From NCBI RefSeq assembly GCF_006345805.1, contig NC_043010.1, positions 22,196,001-22,260,000 on the forward strand: a stretch of DNA of 64,000 bases, given 5' to 3'. This document shows positions 1 through 11,264 of this stretch, one piece after another. Within the stretch, counting starts at the first letter, position 1. Every line of letters starts with the position of its first letter. The position numbers were made by a program, and so were the translations under genes. The notes beneath the pieces were generated by a model. It did no database searches, was not told where the DNA came from, and was given only the letters and a program-made list of their open reading frames with translations. Origin of the DNA: Octopus sinensis. Lineage: Eukaryota.

Positions 1-35
1 CGTAGGCTTTTCCTTCCACGGATAGACATAATTTG
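1..35 (+). mobile_element. Fragment of Tx1-family 3' UTR (same family as 53086-56424)
   Basis: CGTAGGCTTTTCCTTCCACGGATAGACATAATTTG matches the reverse complement of ~53227-53262 (CGTAGGCTTTTCTTTCCACGGATAAACCTAATTTG). Confidence 0.6.
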
Positions 36-45
36 TATATATTTA

Positions 46-430
46 TCTCTCTATATATAAACGGCAGTTTGTCTGTGCGTGTTTCTGTGTGTCTGTTTGC
101 TTGTACCCTCACCCTGACCACGGCTTTCAACCGATTCTGATGAAACTTGACACACACATAGCCCAATGTCATAATTCAAAACTAACGCAGTGAAAATTTT
201 GAAAAGTTCCTCCAGTTCTGAAAAAAATCGATAAATTCGACATGGGGTCGAGAATCAGAAGCACGAACCACAAACTGTCTAGGGAACGCAACTCCACCTT
301 TTTTATATCTCAAAAAAAAATTTACCATCATTTTTTTCCATTTTTTTGCTATTTTTTGGCTATAACTCTCTAAAAATGCTTTATAGTTATTTCCCTTACA
401 AACCCGAGCAACGCCGGGCGATACTGCTAG
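46..430 (+). mobile_element. Non-autonomous Helitron
   Basis: 5' TC start (TCTCTCTATATATAA) after A45; 3' CTAG at 427-430 followed by T431 (A|T target, no TSD); subterminal hairpin CCCG-A-GC-AAC-GC-CGGG at 403-418. Confidence 0.85.
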
Positions 431-920
431 TTTTGTTATAAACGCAAAACATAACCACGGAAGAATCAACGTAAGCTTCAGTAATGAGCCGCGATAGATG
501 AACCGCGATATGGCGTGGGATTACTGTACATATATAAACATGTGTGTCTATCTGTACCTGCGTGTATGCTATGCATTATTACGTACATACATATACATCC
601 TATACATAAATATACATAAACACCTTATGAGACTGAGTCTATAATATCACTGTTATATAAGAAATCAGAAAACACGAAACTCCATTCGCAATCACGATGT
701 AGTTTCATTCCTTTCCCCCACCTCCAACGCTATCGTCTCCAGACATCTATTTTGGATGAAGCTATATATTAATGGTCTTCGGAAAATATGGATATATTCC
801 AAATTAATCAATACTGGCAATATTCGGGCCCTTAATGACTCGATCCTGTTCTAATCTTGAGATTAAAGATAATCAATGGTTTTCCTTTGTTTTTTTTATT
901 TACTTTATGTAAAAGCACTT

Positions 921-1336
921 CTTCTTCTTCTTCTTCTCTTCTTCTTCTTCTTCTTCTTCTTCTTCTTCTTCTTCTTCTTGTTATTATTATTATTATCATT
1001 ATTCCACGCATTTAACATTAGGCTTAAGTGGTAATATACGTTTTAGTATCTTTAATGTCGCTGATAGTAACTTTGTCGTTGTTGTTTATTTATCAATCAC
1101 CTTTGTCATTTCTATGTTGTTGTTGTTGTTGTTGTTATTTATGTTCTACTTAGTGATGGTTATCAAAACTTCTGTCTTTGATAACTGATAATAAAGTAAA
1201 ACAAAACAAAACAAAACAAAAAATATCCGCATCAATAAACGGATACTTAAATTTTTTATAAATTCAACAAGAAAAAAATAATCACCCCCTACTTATACTC
1301 ATACTACAATTCACATTGCAGTAAATGATATCATCA

Positions 1337-1402
<66 letters not shown>

Positions 1403-1407
1403 TATTA

Positions 1408-1442
<35 letters not shown>

Positions 1443-1590
1443 TATTATTATTATTATTATTATTATTATCATCATTATTATTATTATCATTATTATTATT
1501 ATCATCATTATTATTATCATTGTTGTCGTCGTCGTCGTCCTCCTCCTCCTCCCTGTCATTATCATCATCATCATCATCATCATCATTACT
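921..1590. repeat. Triplet microsatellite cluster: (CTT)n/(ATT)n at ~921-1000 and (ATT)n/(ATC)n at ~1336-1590
   Basis: Direct reading; the 124-aa ORF at 1325-1699 is a translation of these tracts. Confidence 0.95.
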
Positions 1591-1900
1591 GTTATCTTGC
1601 GTTTTATTGCGTTCATGTTTTCATTTCTTTATCGTGCGTCATAAATTTCTTCTTCAACATACTTTGGAAAATAAAATCGTCCAACAAAATGTTTTGTGAG
1701 ACGACCAATCTAAATTAACCATGTGTTGCTACAATATTATATGTATTAAAAAAAAAAATTTTTCTTGAATTAGCATTGTTTAATGAATCTGATCAATTTT
1801 GTCTTCCGGTTGGCTGCTAGAGAGAGGTTAAGACAATTATCGTAGAAACAGCTCTTATTGAAACACAAACACGCGTTGATGGCCATCCTCTTACCTCCAG

Positions 1901-1927
1901 ACAATAAGCCTGTCCGGTTCCTTAATG
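1901..1927 (+). CDS. Candidate micro-exon of unidentified host gene (TISLSGSLM; phase 0-0)
   Basis: Acceptor catcctcttacctccag|, donor ATG|gtatgt; 27 nt; open and phase-compatible with 2426-2460. Confidence 0.3.
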
Positions 1928-2425
1928 GTATGTCAACTTTGACTCTTGTAATTTCCTCCCCTTCTCATACAAAGCTGCTCACCATTACGATTTGGTAATA
2001 GTTACACATCCTCGAGAAGCGGTGAATATTGTATATAATTAATATACCTGTGCTTGTCTATGACGTTCATATACATGCTACTGGTCCCTGTGAAGAATTT
2101 CTCTTGGATCATTTTTGGTTAATTACTTCACTCTTAATTTAATGTCACTCTTCGATGAATGTTGCTTCAAAAATTTTATCTCGTGCTTCGGGCAAATATG
2201 AAACTGGATTCCATTAGATGGGAGTGTTTTTGAACCTACGAAGATACACTGTAAAATGGCGATGACGTAGTTAAGCTTCAGGCCCCGGATTTTTTTCTGT
2301 TATTCTTTCTACGAATCTTAAATCATAAAGAAATGTATGGTAATCTTTCGTGCTCGCCTTCGCTGTATTTCTTTTCCTTCAAACACAAAACGAAATAAGC
2401 AAATTGTTTGTGTTTTTATGCTAAG

Positions 2426-2460
2426 ATTAATAGAAATTACGAATGGAAAGTTTTCCAAAG
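2426..2460 (+). CDS. Candidate micro-exon (INRNYEWKVFQ-R; phase 0-2)
   Basis: Acceptor gtgtttttatgctaag|, donor AAG|gtaacc; the split codon AG+A gives Arg with the next exon. Confidence 0.35.
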
Positions 2461-2647
2461 GTAACCTTGAATATGGCATTTTGCTAAATGAATAAATAAT
2501 GACTTGTTGCGATGTAGACCTATTAGCTGATGTCTACAAAACAACAAGAGAGACGAGATCTACTTTAAAAGCAATTCACCTCAGCTGACCTCGGTTGTTA
2601 GGCGGTGTGTGTTACTTCTTGAGTGTCTTTTGAATCAATCTTTACAG

Positions 2648-2706
2648 ATATAAAATAGATAATGAATTCAGAATAAAAATAGAGTCGAAATCCTTTTGTC
2701 CTGAAG
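2648..2706 (+). CDS. Candidate exon (YKIDNEFRIKIESKSFCPE; phase 2-1)
   Basis: Acceptor aatctttacag|, strong donor GAAG|gtaagta; open in the frame that joins its neighbours. Confidence 0.5.
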
Positions 2707-3670
2707 GTAAGTATTTTTTTTTATTTAATTCTACCCAACATACTTTATTTTATGCAATCCCGATAAGATTGACAGAATGCACGAATATAAATGTTCCCAA
2801 ATATAACCTGGAATACGGTAGTATGCTGAAAGAATGAATAACTACTTGAGGGAACTGACCTTTTCACTGTTGACAACACAACAATATCTTATCCGCTTAT
2901 TATTGTCTAAATCTACATCAATTTTCATTGGGCAAACTTATAGTAAAATGTCTGTAGAGAAAAAGAAGGACGTGATGATAAACGGAGATCTGGTCTGATG
3001 GGTTCTTTAGAATAAACGCTGATATAAACACTCGAGGATCAGGTGGAGGTTAGGGTTGACCAAAACAGTATGTTATAAGGCTAGTCTTCAAAACAAAGCT
3101 GTTCATGACCCAGCCTGTTACAGACACGGAATGAGTTTTCTTGTTAGGGAAATGTGCCATCATGAAGAATGATTGTGCATTTCATTTGATACACTCTAAA
3201 CACACTACCGAAAAATTTTTGTTTCCTTAAACATGATACACCTAATGGGGCATTATTCAACATATCCTTCAGAGATTGTGATGTTCTTTATAGCGATCCA
3301 AACGCTAATCGAGAGATTTCTTTATCATGGTTCATTTTCCAAACAATAAACCTACTCTCTACCTCTATCTCTAATCCCTTGGTGAAAACTACAAACCAAA
3401 GATCCGATACAATGGTCATGGACAACATGGGTTTGTGTAATAGTCTTACACTACACTACACTGTGCAATAAGTACCACCACCTGATCCTAAGGATATTAA
3501 ATGAGTTTACTACGCAGCATCCCTTCACATCAGACCTCCGTTTATCTTCCTAGCCTCATTTATTCCTACAGGTACTATCCTATATATCTTCACTCTGAAT
3601 AACAGCTATATCACTAGCGTATTCGGATAAAGAATATCAGCAAAGCTACGCATTCCCTTCATCCTAGACA

Positions 3671-3898
3671 TCTTTTACTATTTTACTCTTTTACTTGCTT
3701 CAGTCATGTGATTGTGGCCATGCTGGAGCACCGCCTTTAGTCGAGCAAATCGACACCAGGAATTATTCTTTGTAAGTCTAGTACTTATTCTATCGGTCTC
3801 TTTTGCCGAACCGCTAAGTTACAGGAACGTAAACACACCAGCATCGGTTGTCAAGCGATGTTGGGGGGACAAACACAGACACACAAACACATACACAG

Positions 3899-3979
<81 letters not shown>

Positions 3980-4110
3980 GACCGGCTTCTTTCAGTTTCC
4001 GTCTACCAAATCCACTCACAAGGATTTGGTTGGCCCGAGGCTATAGTAGCAGACACTTGCCCAAGGTGCCACGCATGTGGTTCGTAAGCAAAGCTACTTA
4101 CCACACAGCC
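3671..4110 (-). mobile_element. tRNA-derived SINE, family A (internal (TA)n tract; T-arm/B-box deleted)
   Basis: Minus strand begins GGCTGTGTGGTAAGTAGC, has CCTTGGGCAAGTGTCT and GGATTTGGTAGACGGAAACTGAAAGAAGCC, and ends in an (AAAAGAGT)-like tail; collinear with copies at 19464, 29615, 37424. Confidence 0.9.
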
Positions 4111-4247
4111 AATTCTACGCTTATTAAATTATAAACAGAAAGATAGAAGTGACGTCTCAAATTTTTATTGACAATACATGATACAGACTATTCTTTAAAG
4201 ACTCGTACCTTAAGAAAGACAATTACGTTAATCTTTCCTTTTTTCAG

Positions 4248-4304
4248 CTCCCGTTGTAGACTTTAAACACACAACTGAGAGTTCCGGAAGGAAAGCAATA
4301 ATTA
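4248..4304 (+). CDS. Candidate exon (A-PVVDFKHTTESSGRKAII; phase 1-1)
   Basis: Strong acceptor aatctttccttttttcag|, donor TTA|gtaaga; 57 nt open frame compatible with the flanking candidate exons. Confidence 0.5.
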
Positions 4305-4553
4305 GTAAGAGAAAGTTAGTTGCATTAACAGAGTTGTTCCGGATAGTGTATTGTTATTTTAAATTCTAAACTTATTTCAACACGTCATGCTTATCCACCT
4401 CAACAAACACACGCACTGTTGTATATGCATATAATTGTATGTGTGTATTTTTATCTGTCTGTCTATCAATCTATCTATCTATCTATCTGAATCCATCTAC
4501 ACAAGCACACACACAATATATGTAGATACATGAAAGAATAAACACACATAAAC

Positions 4554-4598
<45 letters not shown>

Positions 4599-4703
4599 TG
4601 TAGCATATGAGTGTGTAAATACATGTGTGTGTGTCTGTATATACCTGCACATAAATGTATGTGTGGGGGGGGGGCGCATACGTACATCTATACATATACC
4701 CTT

Positions 4704-4912
4704 TTCTACTGAAGGCACAACGCCCGAAATTAAGTGGGTGGTGAACTTTCGATTAGATCGACCTCAGTACGTAAATGGTGCTTAATAAATCGACCCCAAA
4801 AGGATGCTAGGCAAAGTCGACCCCGGCGGAATTTGAACTCAGAACGAAAAGACAAACGAAATACTGCTAAGCATTTCGCCAGGTGTGTTTACGTTTCCGC
4901 CATCTCGCCGCC
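4704..4912 (-). mobile_element. SINE family B copy (first duplicated unit)
   Basis: Minus strand GGCGGCGAGATGGCGG...GTTCTGAGTTCAAATTCCGCCGGGGTCGACTTTGCC, matching the family-B copies on the plus strand. Confidence 0.85.
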
Positions 4913-5338
4913 TTGATTTATACCTATATCAACGTATCTCTATAAGCAGGAGGTCATTTCAAAAAACAGAAGATCCCTCAGAAGTTAGGGAGTGATCTGA
5001 AACCGATTCTGACAGCGCATGCGTAAAGCCGCCTCGTTTAAGATCGTGGTAGATGTCGACCGAGCTAGCTCGTGGGAATTCATTTAAAATATTTCGAGAA
5101 ATTGGTGTCAAAATGAAACATTAATTCTATCGAATAGCGTTTCAGGATGAACACCTGAAAGACTAATTATAAAACGAACTAATTGCTTTAGCAGATCACA
5201 TACATAAACACACACACGCACACACACACACACAACATATATATATCTATATATATAGGATTATATATATATATATATGTATGTGATATGTTAGATATAT
5301 ATATTATATATATTATATATATATAATATATATATATA

Positions 5339-5372
<34 letters not shown>

Positions 5373-5475
5373 TGTATGAGTGTGTAAATACATGTGTGTG
5401 TGTCTGTATATACCTGCACATAAATGTATGTGTGTGGGGGGGGCGCATGCATACGTACATCTATACATATACCTT

Positions 5476-5682
5476 TTCTACTGAAGGCACAAACCCCGAA
5501 TTAAGTGGGTGGTGAACTTTCGATTAGATCGACCTCAGTACGTAAATGGTGCTTAATAATCGACCCCAAAAGGATGCTAGGCAAAGTCGACCCCGGCGGA
5601 ATTTGAACTCAGAACGAAAAGACAAACGAAATACTGCTAAGCATTTCGCCAGGTGTGTTTACGTTTCCGCCATCTCGCCGCC
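5476..5682 (-). mobile_element. SINE family B copy (second duplicated unit)
   Basis: Near-identical to 4704-4912. Confidence 0.85.
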
Positions 5683-5989
5683 TTGATTTATACCTATATC
5701 AACGTATCTCTATAAGCAGGAGGTCATTTCAAAAAACAGAAGATCCCTCAGAAGTTAGGGAGTGATCTGAAACCGATTCTGACAGCGCATGCGTAAAGCC
5801 GCCTCGTTTAAGATCGTGGTAGATGTCGACCGAGCTAGCTCGTGGGAATTCATTTAAAATATTTCGAGAAATTGGTGTCAAAATGAAACATTAATTCTAT
5901 CGAATAGCGTTTCAGGATGAACACCTGAAAGACTAATTATAAAACGAACTAATTGCTTTAGCAGATCACATACATAAACACAACACACG

Positions 5990-6022
<33 letters not shown>

Positions 6023-6069
6023 TATAGGATATATATATATATATATGTGTAATGTAGTATATATATATA

Positions 6070-6121
<52 letters not shown>

Positions 6122-6157
6122 CAGAACTAAATAACGAATATATAGAGATAGTGGTGT

Positions 6158-6413
6158 GTAGGCACATGGCCTAGTGGTTAAAGCAGCAGACTCGTGGTCG
6201 AGGGATAGCGGGTTCGAATCTCAGACCGGGCGATGTGTGTGTTTATGAGTGAAAACACCTAAGCTCCACGCGGCTCCGGCAGAAGATAATCGCGAACTTC
6301 TGCTGAATCTTCCGCCACAGCTTTCTCTCACTCATTCCACTTGCATCTTGCAGCTCATCTGCGACGAACCGGCGTCCTAATGAACCAGGCGTGGCTTGAG
6401 AAGGAACAAACAA
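6158..6413 (+). mobile_element. tRNA(Arg)-like SINE, family C
   Basis: A-box TGGCCTAGTGG, anticodon-like CTCG, B-box GGTTCGAATC; tail ...GGCTTGAGAAGGAACAAACAA shared with 28705-28976. Confidence 0.85.
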
Positions 6414-6708
6414 GTGGTGGAAGCAGGGCGAGATTAAATAGATTATGGGAATAGCTAGCAAGATATATAGATACCTATAGTTTCAGAAATAAGAAATTTG
6501 AACCCAATAATATTCGTTGTCTCGAAATCTTATTTGCAATAAACGAAAAGTGACAGATGCAAACACAATACTGTCGCACTGCTTTCTAGGTTCAACATTT
6601 AATCAAGAATTTTTCTCAAATATTCGCACAGCGGCTTTTGGAGTGTCTATCGGAAAGTACGATTTACAAATCCATCGCCAGAGTTTCGAAACCCTTGAAA
6701 TATTCTAG

Positions 6709-6779
6709 ATCGAGTAGTTTCGGCAGCGGGTGTTGCAGTGCATTGTGTTTTGCAGCAGCACAACATGATTGCAAGTCCA
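6709..6779 (+). CDS. Candidate exon (N-RVVSAAGVAVHCVLQQHNMIASP; phase 1-0)
   Basis: Acceptor ttgaaatattctag|, donor CCA|gtatgt; GC-richer, protein-like frame compatible with 4248-4304. Confidence 0.5.
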
Positions 6780-6839
6780 GTATGTCTAAGTTTTTTTCTA
6801 ATAATTCCTTGCCGTTTGTGATTATACATACATACATTC

Positions 6840-6889
6840 ACACACATGCACACATACATGCACACACACACGCACACACACACACACAT

Positions 6890-6929
<40 letters not shown>

Positions 6930-7085
6930 ACTCACATACATGATATATTCGTCTCTTTCGTCTGATATCGATTAAAACTTCTAATAAGCGATATCTTAAA
7001 AGAGATGTTTTATTTGAGTGGCTATGAATGCGTATGTGTGTGTATAAAATATATCATATATGTATATTTATATACATGTACATAA

Positions 7086-7117
<32 letters not shown>

Positions 7118-7485
7118 TATATATATACGTAACCATACATATATATATAAATATTTGTGTATATATACATATATAATATATATGTATATATATATATATA
7201 TTCATATGCATATACTACATATATATGTGTGTGTGTATGTGTGTGGAGAGAGAGAGAGAAATACAATTATCAGAGCCGCAATGTGACTTATTGATATCCA
7301 ATGTAATAGAAATAATAGAGATCGCGTTTAATATCCTTGGCTGTCCATTAAATAGACACTAAAATGTTTCGACAAAGTATGTTTTCGGTGTTGTTGTTGT
7401 TATTTTGTTTTCTTTTTTTTTATCGTTATGAAATCAAATTCTACAGATATAGAATGTGAGTATATGCGTTTGTGCGAGAGTATAC

Positions 7486-7517
<32 letters not shown>

Positions 7518-7704
7518 ATATATATATATATTATATACATACATACATACATACATATAATATATATACATATATATACATATATAATACATATACATAG
7601 AATATACACACACACATTATATTTATAGATATATATACAGAAATATTTATAAGTATATATATGTATATATATCTGTATATATATATGTACATATACATAC
7701 ACAC

Positions 7705-7753
<49 letters not shown>

Positions 7754-7814
7754 CTTCTGTGTGTATGTATCTATATATGTATGTATGAATGGATAGATGG
7801 ATGGATGGATGGAT

Positions 7815-7858
<44 letters not shown>

Positions 7859-7864
7859 ATACAT

Positions 7865-7896
<32 letters not shown>

Positions 7897-8635
7897 CAGA
7901 TACATATACATATATATATATACTTATAAATATTTCTGTATATATATTTATAAATATATATGTGTGTGTGTTTATATATATATGCACATATAATGTATAT
8001 ACTTTGTTAATTACATACGTATATGTTATGCATATTCATACTTATATTATATATTGTCCATATAATGTGTATATAATATATATAACCACATATGTACGTC
8101 TCTGTGTACCTGTGTTGGTGAAAACGAGTGAATATGTGTTTTCTAATGTCTCCTCTTATCGAAGCTTCTATTTATGTTTTACAAATATCTTTCCTACAAA
8201 TGCTATTAACTATTAACTATTATGAATTCATAGAACACTGCTTTATTTCAGTTTTATCTCCCTCTAACTTTCACTCCCTCACCTTCACCCCGTCCTTCTT
8301 CTTATCTCATCGAACTCTTACCCTCTGTTTCTCTGTCTCTCTGTCTCTCTCTCTCGCTGTCTCTCTCTAACTTTATCTCTGTTTCTATCGATTTCTCTCC
8401 CTCCCACACACACACTTCTGTACTACTTGTCTTGTTGCTATCTATGCTTATTGATTTATCGACCCGCCGAGTTCATCGTATATAATTGAACACTGCGATC
8501 ACATTACATGCAAAGCGGTCGTGCGGTTTTGTACTGTTTATTTTTTGTTGGTTTATTATTATTTTCTTCTCTTGTTTATGACTAGAAAAAATCTATATAT
8601 ACATACATGTGTTTGTGTGTGTGTGTGTGTGTGTG

Positions 8636-8666
<31 letters not shown>

Positions 8667-8676
8667 CATATATGCT

Positions 8677-8739
<63 letters not shown>

Positions 8740-8814
8740 AAATATATATATATATAATATATATATGTATATATATATATGTAATATATACTTCTATATA
8801 TATATATATATATA

Positions 8815-8861
<47 letters not shown>

Positions 8862-8945
8862 ATATATATACATATATACATATATACATACACACATACA
8901 CACACATAATACCTACATATATACATATCTATATGTGTGTGTGTA
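6840..8945. repeat. Dinucleotide microsatellite fields (CA)n, (TA)n, (TG)n, (CT)n with short unique spacers
   Basis: Direct reading; source of the poly-IY/CV/TH ORFs. Confidence 0.9.
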
Positions 8946-9139
8946 TGTTACAAATCTTTCCTTCAAAGAAGACATTACTACATGACTTCATCTCAAAGTC
9001 TTCCGACATCCACCATTTATCCATTTATCTTGGATTTTTTCTTCTATTTTTCACTATAACTTGTGTGCATTCTCTTGTATTGTAATTTCGCCCAGACAGT
9101 CTCTGATTGGTGTCTGTTTCCTCCTCCATCCTTCTTTCA

Positions 9140-9142
9140 TTA

Positions 9143-9217
<75 letters not shown>

Positions 9218-9320
9218 CATATTATTATTATTATCATTATTATTATTATTATCATTATCATTATTAGTATTATTATTACTATCAACATCATCATCATCAT
9301 CCTCATCATCATCATCATCA

Positions 9321-9366
<46 letters not shown>

Positions 9367-9425
9367 GATTATTATTATTATTATTATTATCATTATTATC
9401 ATCTCTGTTATTATTATTATCTCTT
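9140..9425. repeat. (ATT)n/(ATC)n microsatellite forming the 3' tail/target of the adjacent R4/Dong fragment
   Basis: Direct reading. Confidence 0.95.
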
Positions 9426-9944
9426 TATCACAGGTTTTGTTGGAGCTCCTGGAATCTTGCAAGCGTAACGGGCTTGCTAGCCGCAGTCTACGGTCCCATG
9501 CTCTCCGTTCTTTTCACGTATCCAATTATTTTCTGATTATTCTGGCCGTGCCAAACAGGTAAATATTTTGTATCAGTTCTACTGGCTACTATATTCCAAT
9601 TTCTTTTATATTCCTTTTGATGCCTTCTGATACTGTACCCAAAGACCCAATAATAATTGGCATTATCTTCACCTTCTACATTTTTCAGAGCAGGGCTATT
9701 TCCTACTTAAGTGGGATGTATCGAACTATCTTTTTTCTTTCTTCTTGACTATTCTTGGGTCAAAGCGGCATGCAACATCAACCATATAACATATGTGGTG
9801 CACCTTGTCTACCAATGATAGTTTTAGACTGTTACACTCTAGCACGTGATCTGTTTGGATTGGGCAATCCCAAACGATTTTACTAGTCTCGGACTTTTCA
9901 CAAAGTTCCAATCTAACACCTTCGCTACTTGATCGTGTCACCAA
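9426..9944 (-). mobile_element. 5'-truncated R4/Dong-type retrotransposon (restriction-like endonuclease region plus 3' UTR), divergent lineage
   Basis: Minus-strand translation IVWDCPIQTDH...YMVDVACRFDPRI...PIIIGSLGTV fits the WD-P/ID/IIGALG pattern of the RLE region in 17330-17902; ends at (AAT)n on its sense strand. Confidence 0.75.
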
Positions 9945-10048
9945 AACTTGTAGTGATTTTGAGAAGTCTAGAGCATTCTTCTTCTTCTTCTTCTTCTTCT
10001 TCTTCTTCTTCTTCTTTTCTTCTTCTTGTCTTCTTCGTCTTCTTCTTC

Positions 10049-10095
<47 letters not shown>

Positions 10096-10171
10096 TTATT
10101 ATTATTATATTCATTATTATTATCATTATTGTTATCATTATTATCATTATTATTATCATTATTATTATTAT

Positions 10172-10206
<35 letters not shown>

Positions 10207-10416
10207 TTGGAAGTCGTAGTGGAATTAAGGATGGTGGTCGGGGTGGTCGTCGTGCTGTTGGTAGCAATATTGATATCTTCTTAAGTCCCCGTAGATATAG
10301 GTATCAATACACACACACACTCTTCTCCCCGCGACATATATATATATATGTTCATATACATATAAATATGTAAATATTTGCACACCCACACATAGACACT
10401 CATACATCCATGTACG

Positions 10417-10469
<53 letters not shown>

Positions 10470-10479
10470 ATAATACTAA

Positions 10480-10970
10480 GTGCGACAAGAATGCAAAACA
10501 TCCGGACATTTAGGTGATACAAAAATGGGACACCAAAACATCCAGATAGACGATACAAAGAAAACAAGGACGGGCCACTCCAAGTTTTCTTTCCTCAGTC
10601 AAGTAGCAGATTATCTTCGTAATTTCGGCTGATTATACTCGAGATTGCACCAATCTGGCCAGCTCCAAAGAAAAACTAAGCTATGAGCATTAGACTCCTT
10701 AGAAGAAAGCAGCTAATGTATACAAAATGAAGGACGAAAAAAAACGGACAATGCTACACAAATACAATAAAAATAGTAACAGGACATAACAACGGGTGTC
10801 TTTCGATTAAGGACGAATTAAATTAAGCTGGCGTATGTGGAAATGAAGCATTACGGCAGGAATACAAGATTTCACAAACACAGGGAGGAATATCGATGTT
10901 GCACGGAAAACGGCCATTCCCTTATATCTTCTCGCATCATTCCAGACTTACTCAAGAAATATGTTTAACA
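10480..10970. mobile_element. Unclassified interspersed repeat, probably Penelope-associated, bounded by (TA)n and (CA)n
   Basis: Shares AGATAGACGATACAA...GACGGG..A..CAGTCAAGT with 29125-29290; its right end is an inverted copy of the end of the Penelope remnant at 11265-11745. Confidence 0.5.
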
Positions 10971-11264
10971 CACACACACGTACATATATATATACACACG
11001 CACACACATACATATATATACATATATATACACATATACATACATATATACACATATACATATATATATATACACATACATATATATATATATGTATATG
11101 TACATATATATATATATATATATATGTATATGTGTCTATATATATAATATATAATGCATGTATGTATATGCGTATATATATGCATATATATATATATGTA
11201 CATATATGTGCGTGCGTATATATATATATATATATATATGTCCGTGTGTGTGTGTGTGCGTGTG

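Larger units (their letters stand above)
4560..6110. repeat. Tandem duplication, unit ~770 bp, junctions in (TA)n/(CA)n tracts
   Basis: CTACTGAAGG at 4706 and 5478; GCAGATCACA at 5191 and 5961; several hundred bp read as identical, with small indels near homopolymers. Confidence 0.95.

Noticed and set aside
6158-6235. tRNA-like sequences at SINE heads (also 19464, 28705, 38936, 42013, 60273)
   Set aside because: A/B boxes are present but acceptor stems do not pair, and each continues into a shared SINE body; not tRNA genes.
10575-10660. Permuted hammerhead on the minus strand (GAAA-TTA...TAAT-C...CTGAGGA; similar at ~29190-29240)
   Set aside because: Stem III and an AUC triplet can be drawn, but stem I and a stem II closing onto GAAA cannot be paired.
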